Of a DNA stretch of 64,000 nt, positions 8,175-16,971 are shown one piece after another. The notes under the pieces were generated by a model, which saw only the letters and a program-made list of their open reading frames with translations, ran no database searches and was not told the DNA's origin. Source of the DNA: an uncultured Gemmatimonadales bacterium (GTDB taxonomy: Bacteria; Gemmatimonadota; Gemmatimonadetes; Longimicrobiales; RSA9); the NCBI GenBank assembly GCA_963816355.1, contig CAWFKH010000003.1:1440001-1504000 (forward strand). Reading direction: 5' to 3'. The position numbers were made by a program, and so were the translations under genes. The first letter of the stretch is position 1; each line of letters opens with the position of its first letter.

Positions 8175-9878
8175 TCAGAACATATAGAACACCAGATACG
8201 CCGCCAGCAGAATCGCCACCCAGAGGACCATGCTCCCCGCCGGCCAGGTGCGGGCGAGCGTGCCCTGCGGACCATGGTGGCGCGACGCCCCCCGCACGAG
8301 CGAGCGCACACCCGCGACGGTGACGTCGCGGACGGCGTGGTCGGCGGCGGCGATGGCGCCGCCCACTGCGAAGACGAGGCGGGGTGCGAGGCGCCGGTAG
8401 AGCCAGTCGCTGTCGAGGTTGACGGAGCGCCGCTCGGGCGGGTAGAGACCGATGCGCATCAGCCAGAAGACGGAGAGCATCGCGAAGAGGAGCAGCTGCA
8501 CCTGCTCGAGGACGTGGCCGGGTGCGTACGGCGTATAGTGGACCGGGAATGGGAGCAGGCGATAGAACGTCCCCGGAAGGACGCCCACGGCGATGCAGAG
8601 CGCGGCCGCGACCGCCATCGCCGCGCGCATGTTCCACGGCGCCGGCTCGACGCGGATGCCGGAGTCGTGACCGAAGAAGCCGAAGTAGGGGATCTTGATG
8701 CCCGCGTGCTCGACGACGCCGGCGGAAGCGAAGATGAGGGCGACCCACACCCAGTGGTGACCGGTCTCGACGGTGGCGGCGAGGATGAGCGATTTGCTGA
8801 CGAAGCCGCTGAAGAGGGGGAAGGCGGAGATGGAGGCGGCGCCGACCATCGACATCGCGGCGGTGAACGGCATGCTCTTGTAGAGGCCGCCGAGCTCCGA
8901 CCCCTTGATGGTGCCGGTGCGGTAGAGGACGGCGCCCATCGACATGAAGAGCAGGCCCTTGAAGATCACCTCGTTGAAGGCGTGGGCGACGGCGCCATCG
9001 ACCGCCATGGCGCTGCCGATCCCGATGCCGACGACCATGAAGCCGATCTGGTTGATCATCGAGTAGCCGAGCACGCGGCGCAGGTCGTTCTCGATGACGG
9101 CGTAGAAGATCGGGAAGACGGTCATCACGGCGCCGATGTAGATGAGCGCCTCGGTGCCGGCGAAGACGCGGGCGAGCGCGTAGATGGCGACCTTCGTCGT
9201 GAACGCGCTGAGGAAGACGGTGCCGCTGACGGTCGCCTCCGGATACGCGTCGGTGAGCCAGTTGTGGAGCAGCGGGAAGGCGCACTTCGCGCCGATCGAG
9301 AGGAAGATCAGCCACGGTCCGACGCCGGACAGCGTCAGGTGCCGGAAGGCGAGGTCCCCGGTGTCGTGGAAGAGGACGAGCGCGCCGGCCAGGAAGCCGA
9401 GGCCGGCCACGACCTGAACCGCGAGGTAGCGCATCCCGGCGCGCAGTGAACGCTCCGTTCCGCGCGCCCACACGAGGAAGACGGAGGATACGCTCAGCAG
9501 CTCCCAGAAGACGAAGAACGTGAGCACGTCGCCAGCGAACACGGCGCCGAGCGCGCTGCCGGCGTACGCCAGCGCCGCGACGTGCTGCACCGTCGCCTTC
9601 TCCTCGCGCCGGATGTGGAGCGAGTAGAGCGCGCCGATGAACGCCGCGATGTGGAAGAGATAGCCGAAGAGGAGGCTGAGACGGTCGACGCGGAACGGGA
9701 CCAGCGGGTAGCCGAGGAAGCGGACCGCGACGTGCGCGCCTGCGGCCGCGCCGATCAGGTTCAGGGCGCCGAGGACCGGGATCGCGACGAGGACCGCCGC
9801 ACGCAGGCGTCCGCGCAGCACGGCGGCGAGGAGGGCGCCGGCGTAGAACAGCAGGAACGGCGGCGCGTCAATCCACAT
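8175..9878 (-). CDS. mrpD: Mrp Na+/H+ antiporter subunit D-like (third antiporter-like subunit)
   Basis: FWELLS, KCAFPLLHNWLTDAYPEA, LSAFTTK, RRVLGYS, HAFNEVIFKGLLF. Confidence 0.85.
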   Translation of the reverse strand: MWIDAPPFLLFYAGALLAAVLRGRLRAAVLVAIPVLGALNLIGAAAGAHVAVRFLGYPLVPFRVDRLSLLFGYLFHIAAFIGALYSLHIRREEKATVQHVAALAYAGSALGAVFAGDVLTFFVFWELLSVSSVFLVWARGTERSLRAGMRYLAVQVVAGLGFLAGALVLFHDTGDLAFRHLTLSGVGPWLIFLSIGAKCAFPLLHNWLTDAYPEATVSGTVFLSAFTTKVAIYALARVFAGTEALIYIGAVMTVFPIFYAVIENDLRRVLGYSMINQIGFMVVGIGIGSAMAVDGAVAHAFNEVIFKGLLFMSMGAVLYRTGTIKGSELGGLYKSMPFTAAMSMVGAASISAFPLFSGFVSKSLILAATVETGHHWVWVALIFASAGVVEHAGIKIPYFGFFGHDSGIRVEPAPWNMRAAMAVAAALCIAVGVLPGTFYRLLPFPVHYTPYAPGHVLEQVQLLLFAMLSVFWLMRIGLYPPERRSVNLDSDWLYRRLAPRLVFAVGGAIAAADHAVRDVTVAGVRSLVRGASRHHGPQGTLARTWPAGSMVLWVAILLAAYLVFYMF

Positions 9879-10125
9879 CGTAGTAATCCTCGTCCCGCAT
9901 GACGAGCCGACGCAGGAGCTTGGCTCCGAAGACGAGCGCCGTGACGCCGACGAAGCCGTAGATCGCGTAGAAGCCCCAGAGCCGCTCCCACGGATCGACC
10001 ACGTGGCGGTGGATCACGAAGTCGAGGACGAGCGAGAACAGCGCCACGAGCGCGAAGCCGCGCAGCAGCGCCGAGACGTTCGCGGCGTCGTCGAGGAAGC
10101 GTTTGCGGTCGTTCGTTTCGTTCAT
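9868..10125 (-). CDS. Small 2-TM Mrp-operon accessory protein, 85 aa
   Basis: Overlaps both neighbours; ends LRRLVMRDEDYYD. Confidence 0.75.
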   Translation of the reverse strand: MNETNDRKRFLDDAANVSALLRGFALVALFSLVLDFVIHRHVVDPWERLWGFYAIYGFVGVTALVFGAKLLRRLVMRDEDYYDVD

Positions 10126-11654
10126 CGCCCCACCACGAGCTCCATCAGTCGCAGGAACGGACCGGGGAAGAAGAAGAGGAGCACCGTCACGGCTGCGGTG
10201 ACGCAGAGCGCGAGCATCGACGGCCACGGCCCCTCGGCGCCGGCCGCGCCCTCGCCGCCGGCCGCGCTCTCGGCGCCCGCCTCCGCGCCGCCGCCCGCAT
10301 GCTGCTCGGCGCCGCCCGCGCCCTGCTCGGCGGGAAGCGGCGTGCCGAAGAACGCGCGCACGGGCACCGCGAGCAGGTAGCCGACGTTGAGCAGCGAGCT
10401 GAGCAGGAGGACGACCAGGAGCGCGACCTGGTGCGCCTCGAGGGTCCCGAGCGCGAGGTACCACTTGCTCCACAGGCCGCCGGTCGGCGGTACGCCGACG
10501 ACGCTCATCGCCCCGATGAAGAAGGCGCCGAAAGTGATCGGCATGCGGCGGCCGAGGCCGTTCATCTGGCTCACTTCGGTGCGGTGCGCCGCGACCATGA
10601 TCACGCCCGCACAGAAGAAGAGCGTGATCTTGCCGAACGCGTGCATGACGATGTGGAGACCGCCGCCGACGATCCCCCAGCGGTTGGCGAGCATGGCGCC
10701 GAGGACGATGTAGGAGAGCTGGCTGATCGTGGAATAGGCGAGGCGTTCCTTCAGGTTGTCCTTGCCGAAGGCGACGAGGGAAGCGATCACGATCGTCGCC
10801 GCCGCCACGTACATCAGCCAGATGCTCGAGCCGAGGCGAGTGAGCAGGTCGATGCCGAAGATGTAGACGACGATCTTGAGGATCGTGAAGACGCCGGCCT
10901 TCACGACGGCCACGGCGTGCAGCAGCGCGCTCACCGGGGTCGGCGCCACCATGGCGGAGGGGAGCCAGCGGTGGAGCGGCATGACGGCGGCCTTGCCGAC
11001 GCCGAAGACGTAGAGGCCGAGGAGCGCGGTGGTGGCCAGGGGCGACGCGTGGCCGTCGAGGATGCCGCCGCGGGTGAAGTCGAGGGTGCCGGCCACGACC
11101 CACGTCCACACGATCGCGAAGAGGAAGAAGCCGATCGAGGTGGTGAAGAGGATGCCGACGTAGATGCGCCCGGCGCGCTTCGCTTCCTCCGTCCCCTCAT
11201 GAGTGACGAGCGGAATCGTGGCCAGCGTGAGCGCTTCGTAGAAGATGAACAGCGTGAGCAAGTTCGCGGCGAAGGCGATCCCCAGGGTGCACGCGATCGA
11301 CGCGGCGAAGAAGGCGTAGAAGCGCGTCTGGTTCGCCTCCCGGTGGGCGCGCATGTAGCCGATCGCGTAGAGCGTCGTCAGGATCCAGAGCGAGCTGGCG
11401 ACGAGGGCGAAGAGCACGCCCAGCGGCTCGATGGCGAGGGCAATGCGCAGGCCGGGGAACGGCTGGGCGAGGGTGAGGGGCGGGGGCGGCGCGGAGGCGA
11501 ACGGGTAGATCCGCAGCACGACGCCGAAGAGCGCGCCGGCGGTGAGGAGCGACACGCCCTCGCGGGCGTTCGGCCAGCGGCCGACGGCGAGGACGGCGAG
11601 CGCGCCGAGGAGCGGCAGCGTGAGCGTCCACAGGGGGAGGACGGCGGCACTCAC
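10122..11654 (-). CDS. Mrp antiporter subunit D/A-like
   Basis: FYEALT, GKAAVMPLHRWLPSAMVAPTPVSALLHAVAVVKAG, RLAYSTISQ. Confidence 0.88.
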   Translation of the reverse strand: MSAAVLPLWTLTLPLLGALAVLAVGRWPNAREGVSLLTAGALFGVVLRIYPFASAPPPPLTLAQPFPGLRIALAIEPLGVLFALVASSLWILTTLYAIGYMRAHREANQTRFYAFFAASIACTLGIAFAANLLTLFIFYEALTLATIPLVTHEGTEEAKRAGRIYVGILFTTSIGFFLFAIVWTWVVAGTLDFTRGGILDGHASPLATTALLGLYVFGVGKAAVMPLHRWLPSAMVAPTPVSALLHAVAVVKAGVFTILKIVVYIFGIDLLTRLGSSIWLMYVAAATIVIASLVAFGKDNLKERLAYSTISQLSYIVLGAMLANRWGIVGGGLHIVMHAFGKITLFFCAGVIMVAAHRTEVSQMNGLGRRMPITFGAFFIGAMSVVGVPPTGGLWSKWYLALGTLEAHQVALLVVLLLSSLLNVGYLLAVPVRAFFGTPLPAEQGAGGAEQHAGGGAEAGAESAAGGEGAAGAEGPWPSMLALCVTAAVTVLLFFFPGPFLRLMELVVGR

Positions 11655-13135
11655 CGCGGGCCACCCATGAGGAGCGCAGCGGCGCGCGAGGCGACGCCGA
11701 CGGTGAGGTGCGTGTTCACGCCGAAGTAGAGGTTGGCGAGGACGAGGAGCCAGGTCGGCACGAGCATGAGCGCGGGCGCCTCGGCGCGCACGGACGCTAC
11801 GCCGGGCGGCGGGTCGCGGAAGTAGGCGGCTTCGACGACGCGCCAGACGTAGGCGACGGCGAGGAGCGACGTCGTCAGGATGAGGGCGACGACGAGCCAC
11901 CAGCCGCGCTGGATGGCGGCGAGCACGAGGTACCACTTGCTGACGAAACCGACGGTGAGCGGCACGCCGACGAGGCTCGCGCCTCCGACGACGAGGGCGG
12001 CCGTCGTCCACGGCATGCGGCGCCCGAGGCCGTGGAGGTCGGCGAGGCGTGAGGAGCCGAGGCGATAGACGACGCACCCCATCGCCATGAAGAGGGCGCC
12101 CTTCATGAGCGCGTGGTTGAAGAGGTGCAGGATGCCGCCGGTGAGACCGGTGGTCGTGCCGATGCTGACGCCGAGGATGATGTAGCCGATCTGCGCCAGG
12201 CTCGAATAGGCGAGCATCCGCTTCACGTCGTCCTGGAAGATCGCGATCAGGGACGCGGTGATCATGGCGACGAGCGCGAGCGGCAGCAGGACGTGGTCGA
12301 GCCGCATCGCGCCGAACGAGAAGTCGAAGCCGAAGATGGTAAAGAAGAAGCGGAGCAGCATGTAGACGGCGACCTTCGTGGCGGTCGACGCGATGAAGGC
12401 GGTCACGGCCGAGGGCGCGTAGGTGTAGGCGTTGGGCAGCCAGAGGTGGAGCGGGAAGAGCGCGAGCTTGAGGCTGATGCCGACAGTGAGGAAGGCGAAA
12501 GCGACGACGATGGTTCGGTTGTCACCGAGCAGCGGCAGACGGTCGGCGAGGTCGGCCATGTTCAGCGTGCCGGTGACGGCGTACATGAGGCCGATGCCGA
12601 TGACGATGAAGGTGGCGCCGATCGCGCCCATGATGAGGTAGCGGTACGCGGCCGTGAGCGCGCGCCGGTCGCGCCCCATGGCGACGAGCGAGTAGGCGGA
12701 GAGCGACGAGATCTCGAGGAAGACGAAGAGGTTGAAGACGTCGCCCGTGATCGTGATGCCGAGCAGTCCCGCGAGCGAGAGCAGGAACGCGGTATAGAAG
12801 AGCGGGATGCGACGGCGGTCGACCTCGCGCTCGACGCTGGGCCCGGCGAACGGCGTCACGATGGCGCCGATCGCGCCGACGAGGACGAGGACGAACGCGT
12901 TGAGCGGGTCGATGCGGTACTCGATGCCCCACGGCGGCGCCCACCCGCCGAGCGGGTACGAGATGGTGCCGTGGGTGAGGACGCGGTGCAGGAGGACGAT
13001 GGCGATGGCGAAGACGAACCAGCTCGTCAGCACCGCCCAGATCCACGACCAGCGCGGGCGCCGGATGAGCGCCCCGGCGACGCCGGCCATGAGGGGCACG
13101 ACGACCTGGAGCGGCGGCAGGTCCGTCGCCGTCAC
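11651..13135 (-). CDS. mrpD: Mrp antiporter subunit D
   Basis: GGWAPPWGIE, FNLFVFLEI, KLALFPLHLWLPNAY, KRMLAYSS. Confidence 0.9.
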   Translation of the reverse strand: MTATDLPPLQVVVPLMAGVAGALIRRPRWSWIWAVLTSWFVFAIAIVLLHRVLTHGTISYPLGGWAPPWGIEYRIDPLNAFVLVLVGAIGAIVTPFAGPSVEREVDRRRIPLFYTAFLLSLAGLLGITITGDVFNLFVFLEISSLSAYSLVAMGRDRRALTAAYRYLIMGAIGATFIVIGIGLMYAVTGTLNMADLADRLPLLGDNRTIVVAFAFLTVGISLKLALFPLHLWLPNAYTYAPSAVTAFIASTATKVAVYMLLRFFFTIFGFDFSFGAMRLDHVLLPLALVAMITASLIAIFQDDVKRMLAYSSLAQIGYIILGVSIGTTTGLTGGILHLFNHALMKGALFMAMGCVVYRLGSSRLADLHGLGRRMPWTTAALVVGGASLVGVPLTVGFVSKWYLVLAAIQRGWWLVVALILTTSLLAVAYVWRVVEAAYFRDPPPGVASVRAEAPALMLVPTWLLVLANLYFGVNTHLTVGVASRAAALLMGGPR

Positions 13136-13488
13136 TGCTCGGACTCCAGGGCGTCGATCTCGTCCTCTTCGATGGTGCCGTACGCTTCCTTGATGCGGAC
13201 GATGAGGGCGAGCGCGACGGCGGTGGTGGCGACGCCGACGACGATCGCCGTCAGCATCAGCACCATGGGTACCGGATTGGAGTACACGGGGTGGCCCTCG
13301 GTGACGATGGGGGCGGTGCCGCCGCGTACGCGACCCATGGTGATGTAGAAGATGATGACCGACGTCTGGAAGATGTTGAGGCCGATCACCTTCTTCACCA
13401 GGTTCCCGCGCGAGATCAGCACGTAGAAGCCGGCCATCATGAGGAAGATCACCACCCAGTAGTTGTAGAGCCCCAGGATGCGTGTCAC
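13132..13488 (-). CDS. mrpC: Mrp antiporter subunit C
   Basis: NLVKKVIGL, NPVPMVLMLTAIVVG; GTGA overlap and GGAGG RBS. Confidence 0.9.
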   Translation of the reverse strand: MTRILGLYNYWVVIFLMMAGFYVLISRGNLVKKVIGLNIFQTSVIIFYITMGRVRGGTAPIVTEGHPVYSNPVPMVLMLTAIVVGVATTAVALALIVRIKEAYGTIEEDEIDALESEQ

Positions 13489-14003
13489 TCCGCCTCCTCG
13501 CGGCCGACGAAGATGAAGAAGAGCGCCGTCATGACGCCGAAGACGGTGATGAAGACGCCGGTCTCGACGAGGAAGATGCCGAGGCGCTGACCACTCACCG
13601 GGTTCGGGCGCAGGACGTCGTAGTCGATGAAGTGGCCGCCGAGGAGCAGCGCGAGGAGCCCGGTCCCGGAGTAGATGAGGACGCCGAGCGCCGCGAAGAA
13701 GCGCAGCACCCGCATCGGCAGGACGCGGCGGGCGGTGTCGAGGCCGAAGACGAGCGCGTACAGGATGAAGGCGGCGGCGAAGATGACGCCACCCTGGAAC
13801 CCTCCGCCCGGGCTGATGTCGCCGTGGAACTGGACGTAGAGCGCGAAGAGCAGGATCGGCGGCGTGAGGATCTTGGTCGCGACGCGCAGGATGACCTGGT
13901 CGCCCATGGCGCCGGCGCGAGCGCCCGTCGGGGCGTGCCGTTCGCCGTCCGCCGCGCCGTGCTCGGCGCGCGGATGCCGCTCGTCGCCGCCCACGTCGCT
14001 CAC
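13485..14003 (-). CDS. mrpB: Mrp antiporter subunit B (alternative start at 13907)
   Basis: HGDISPGGGFQGG motif. Confidence 0.88.
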   Translation of the reverse strand: MSDVGGDERHPRAEHGAADGERHAPTGARAGAMGDQVILRVATKILTPPILLFALYVQFHGDISPGGGFQGGVIFAAAFILYALVFGLDTARRVLPMRVLRFFAALGVLIYSGTGLLALLLGGHFIDYDVLRPNPVSGQRLGIFLVETGVFITVFGVMTALFFIFVGREEAE

Positions 14004-14610
14004 CCTTCCCCCTCCCCCTCCGCGCGTCGCGGCGGAACCGCTCCGGCCTCCTCCACTGCGGCGGACCCGTGCGGTGCGGCTGGCGCCGGCGCGGCACGGT
14101 GCCGAGCAGCAGCAGCACGCCGACGACGGCGGTGAAGATCACCGTCGTCTCGCCCATCGTGTCGTAGCCGCGATAGCTGGCGAGGACGGCGGTGACGATG
14201 TTGGGGACGCCGATCTCCTGTGGCGTCTTCTCGATGTAGCGCGGCGCGACGTGGAGATGGATCGGGTTGTCCGGCGCGCCATACGGGGGCAGGTCGAGGG
14301 AGCCGTAGATCAGGATCGCGCCGGTCACGAAGACGACGAGGAGCGGCAGGATGCGGGCGTGCTGCGGCTTCTTCTCGCGGCTGCCGACGAGGGCGAGGGT
14401 GCCGAGGAAGAGCACGGTGGAGATGCCGGCGCCCACCGCGGCCTCGGTGAACGCGACGTCGACGGCGTCCATGACGACCCACAGGCTGGCGGAAAGCAGG
14501 CTGTAGATGCCGGTGAGCATCACGACGGCGAAGAGGTTGCGCAGCCGCAGCGCGCCGAACGCGGTGACGGCGAGGAGCGCGAGGAGCGCGATGTCGACGG
14601 CGTGGTCCAT
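14000..14610 (-). CDS. DUF4040 (MrpA C-terminal-like) subunit; apparent frameshift near the 3' end
   Basis: AVDVAFTEAAVGAG and PNIVTAVLASYRGYDTMGE; no in-frame stop before mrpB. Confidence 0.8.
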
Positions 14611-14945
14611 CACGGGTCCGAAGCGGGCCGCCGGCGCCCGTCGTGGGTGAGGAGCGGCTGGACGCCACCCTGCAGCGCCGCGCGCGCGAGGGCGTGCGTG
14701 GACACCGGGCTGGTGAACCAGAGGAAGAGCAGGACGAGGATCAGCTTGACGGTCGCCTCGCTGAAGCCGCCCTGGAGCATCAGCCCGCCGAGGATCATGC
14801 CGGCGCCCAGCGTGTCGGTGATGCCGGACGCGTGCAAGCGGGCGAAGACATCCGGCAGGCGGAGGACGCCGATGCCGCCGATGAGGGCGAAGATGGAGCC
14901 GCCCATGAGGAGGATCCAGCTCAGGCCGTCGATCACGACGCGCAT
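14610..14945 (-). CDS. mrpG: Mrp antiporter subunit G
   Basis: GVLRLPDVFARLHA, TSPVSTHALARAA. Confidence 0.92.
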   Translation of the reverse strand: MRVVIDGLSWILLMGGSIFALIGGIGVLRLPDVFARLHASGITDTLGAGMILGGLMLQGGFSEATVKLILVLLFLWFTSPVSTHALARAALQGGVQPLLTHDGRRRPASDP

Positions 14946-15229
14946 CAGATCTCTTCCCCGTGCGCGCGGCGGGAGCCGAGCCCGCCGAACTCGAAGAACT
15001 TGAGCACGGCGATGGTGCCGATGAAGTTCATGAGGGCGTAGATCAGGGCGATGTCCAGGAACTCGGGCCGGCCGTTGAGGAAGCCGAGCACGGCGATGAT
15101 CAGGACGGTCTTGGTCCCGAACATGTTGAGCGCGAGGACGCGGTCGTAGACGGTCGGCCCGAGCAGGGCGCGGGTCATGGCGAGGGCCATCGTCAGCAGG
15201 ATCGCCGCGCCGCTGGCGACGAACATCAT
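14945..15229 (-). CDS. mrpF: Mrp antiporter subunit F
   Basis: GPTVYDRVLALN, LDIALIYALMNFIGT. Confidence 0.92.
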   Translation of the reverse strand: MMFVASGAAILLTMALAMTRALLGPTVYDRVLALNMFGTKTVLIIAVLGFLNGRPEFLDIALIYALMNFIGTIAVLKFFEFGGLGSRRAHGEEI

Positions 15230-15702
15230 GGCGCCCCCTCGAGGGCGGTGACGCGGCGATCCATCGGCCCCTCCTCCGTCCCATCGACGTAGACGGCCTT
15301 CAACGCGTGCACTTCGAGCGCCTCGTCGTCGATCGTCACGGTGATCGTGCCGGGCGTGAGCGTGATCGAGTTGGCGAAGATGAAGCGGCCGAGGTCCGTG
15401 CGCTGGGTGCCGCGGAAGCGGACGATGACCGGGTCGATCGGGAGCGCCGGATCGAGGATGACGCGCGCGACCATCACGTTCGACCTGACGATCTCCCAGA
15501 GGAGCCACGGCAGGTAGGTCAGCGCTCCGCGCGTGAGATGGATCGGCAATCCCTCCCGGTCCACGACGTCCATGCGGTGCGCGATGATGACCACCAGCAC
15601 CACGGAGAAGACGCCGAAAGAGAGCAGGAGCGGCTCGAAATGGCCGGATAGAAGAAGCCAGAGCACCGCAAGCACGGCGCCCAGGCTCGCCAGTCTCACC
15701 AC
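15226..15702 (-). CDS. mrpE: Mrp antiporter subunit E
   Basis: WLLLSG, ANSITLTPGT, VHAL. Confidence 0.92.
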   Translation of the reverse strand: MVRLASLGAVLAVLWLLLSGHFEPLLLSFGVFSVVLVVIIAHRMDVVDREGLPIHLTRGALTYLPWLLWEIVRSNVMVARVILDPALPIDPVIVRFRGTQRTDLGRFIFANSITLTPGTITVTIDDEALEVHALKAVYVDGTEEGPMDRRVTALEGAP

Positions 15703-15858
15703 GGTCTATCCTCCTGCCGGAACGTGACCACGCCCGCCCGGGCAGGGCGCTGGCGGCCGTCGTCCGGACGCTTCTCGCTCAAGCTATGCCGTGAAGCGCA
15801 CGCAATGTTGGGGCGCCTCGGCGACGACGCAAGAGGCGGCGGGACGCCGCCCGGCGCC

Positions 15859-16869
15859 TCAGCCGCCGCCCCCGCGCCCGACGTCTTGCGAGACGCCGGA
15901 AGCGTCATCGTCCCGGTCCAGCTCCTGCTCCGCCTCCTCCTCCTCGCGGACGAGCTTGCCGAGGCCGCGAACCCCGATGAGCGTCGCGGCGAGCGCCGTC
16001 GTCGGGATGACCTGGAGCGCCTGCAGCAGGACGCCCGCGACGACGGCGGTGCCGGACGGCACGCCGAAGGGGAGCATGGCGAGCGCGATCGACCCCTGCA
16101 TCACGCCGATGTTGCCCGGCGTGAACCGGAAGACCCAGGCGAGGTTGGCGACGACCACCGCGGCGAAGGAGGCGGCAATCGGGACGGAGACGCCGGTCGC
16201 GACGAACGCGAGGTGGTACGTCGCCCACTGCGTGATCCAGTGCGCGAAGGAGAGGAGGAGCGGGCCGGTGAGGCGGCGGCCGCCGAGCGGGATCCGCTTC
16301 ATCGTCTCCACCGCCTTGCGCGTGAAGCGGGGCAGATGGCGCGACAGGCTGAAGCGGCGCCGCAGGGCGAGCAGCGCGGCGCCGATCAACACGACCACCG
16401 CGGCGCCGAGGCTAAGCCATCGCACCTGGCCCGGGATGTGGAGCAGCGGCGGCACGACGACCAGCACGCCGACGAGCGCGACGCCCTCGATCACGCGGCT
16501 CCACACGATGGCGGCGAGCGCGAGCTTCGGCGGCACGTCGTCGCGCCGGGCGATGAAGCGGACGCGGCTGCCCTCGCCCGCGACCGCGATCGACACACTC
16601 GCGACGGCGGCGCCGAGAAGCGTGGCTTCCAGCGCGATCTTGAGGCGGTGGGGCGCGGCCGGCTTGAGCAGGAGGCTCCACGCCCAGCCGCGAGCGACGA
16701 GCCCGGCGAGGTTGACGACGATCGCGAGGAGCAGCGGCCAGACGCTCGCGTGCTCGATCGCACGGCCGGTGTCCGCCCACGGGAAGTGCCACAGCGCCCA
16801 CACGGCGAAGACCGCGAGCGCCAGGCCGATGAGGCGGTTGATCCACCGAAGCTTCTTGTGTTTCGCCAT
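15859..16869 (-). CDS. Lysylphosphatidylglycerol synthase TM-domain (UPF0104 flippase-like) protein
   Basis: RGWAW, AGEGSR, SRVIE, TPGNIG; multiple TM helices. Confidence 0.75.
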   Translation of the reverse strand: MAKHKKLRWINRLIGLALAVFAVWALWHFPWADTGRAIEHASVWPLLLAIVVNLAGLVARGWAWSLLLKPAAPHRLKIALEATLLGAAVASVSIAVAGEGSRVRFIARRDDVPPKLALAAIVWSRVIEGVALVGVLVVVPPLLHIPGQVRWLSLGAAVVVLIGAALLALRRRFSLSRHLPRFTRKAVETMKRIPLGGRRLTGPLLLSFAHWITQWATYHLAFVATGVSVPIAASFAAVVVANLAWVFRFTPGNIGVMQGSIALAMLPFGVPSGTAVVAGVLLQALQVIPTTALAATLIGVRGLGKLVREEEEAEQELDRDDDASGVSQDVGRGGGG

Positions 16870-16971
16870 GGTCGCGGGTTCCGACGGGCAGAATGCGGGC
16901 CAGCGCCCGGAGCAGGAAGAATCGAAGGCACGCGGCGTGCGGGAAAGCCCCGGCGCGCGAAGGGCCGCCGC

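Noticed and set aside
13132..14613. Genuine 493-aa DUF4040-MrpC fusion protein
   Set aside because: The linker is an off-frame reading of mrpB, and mrpC has its own RBS and start
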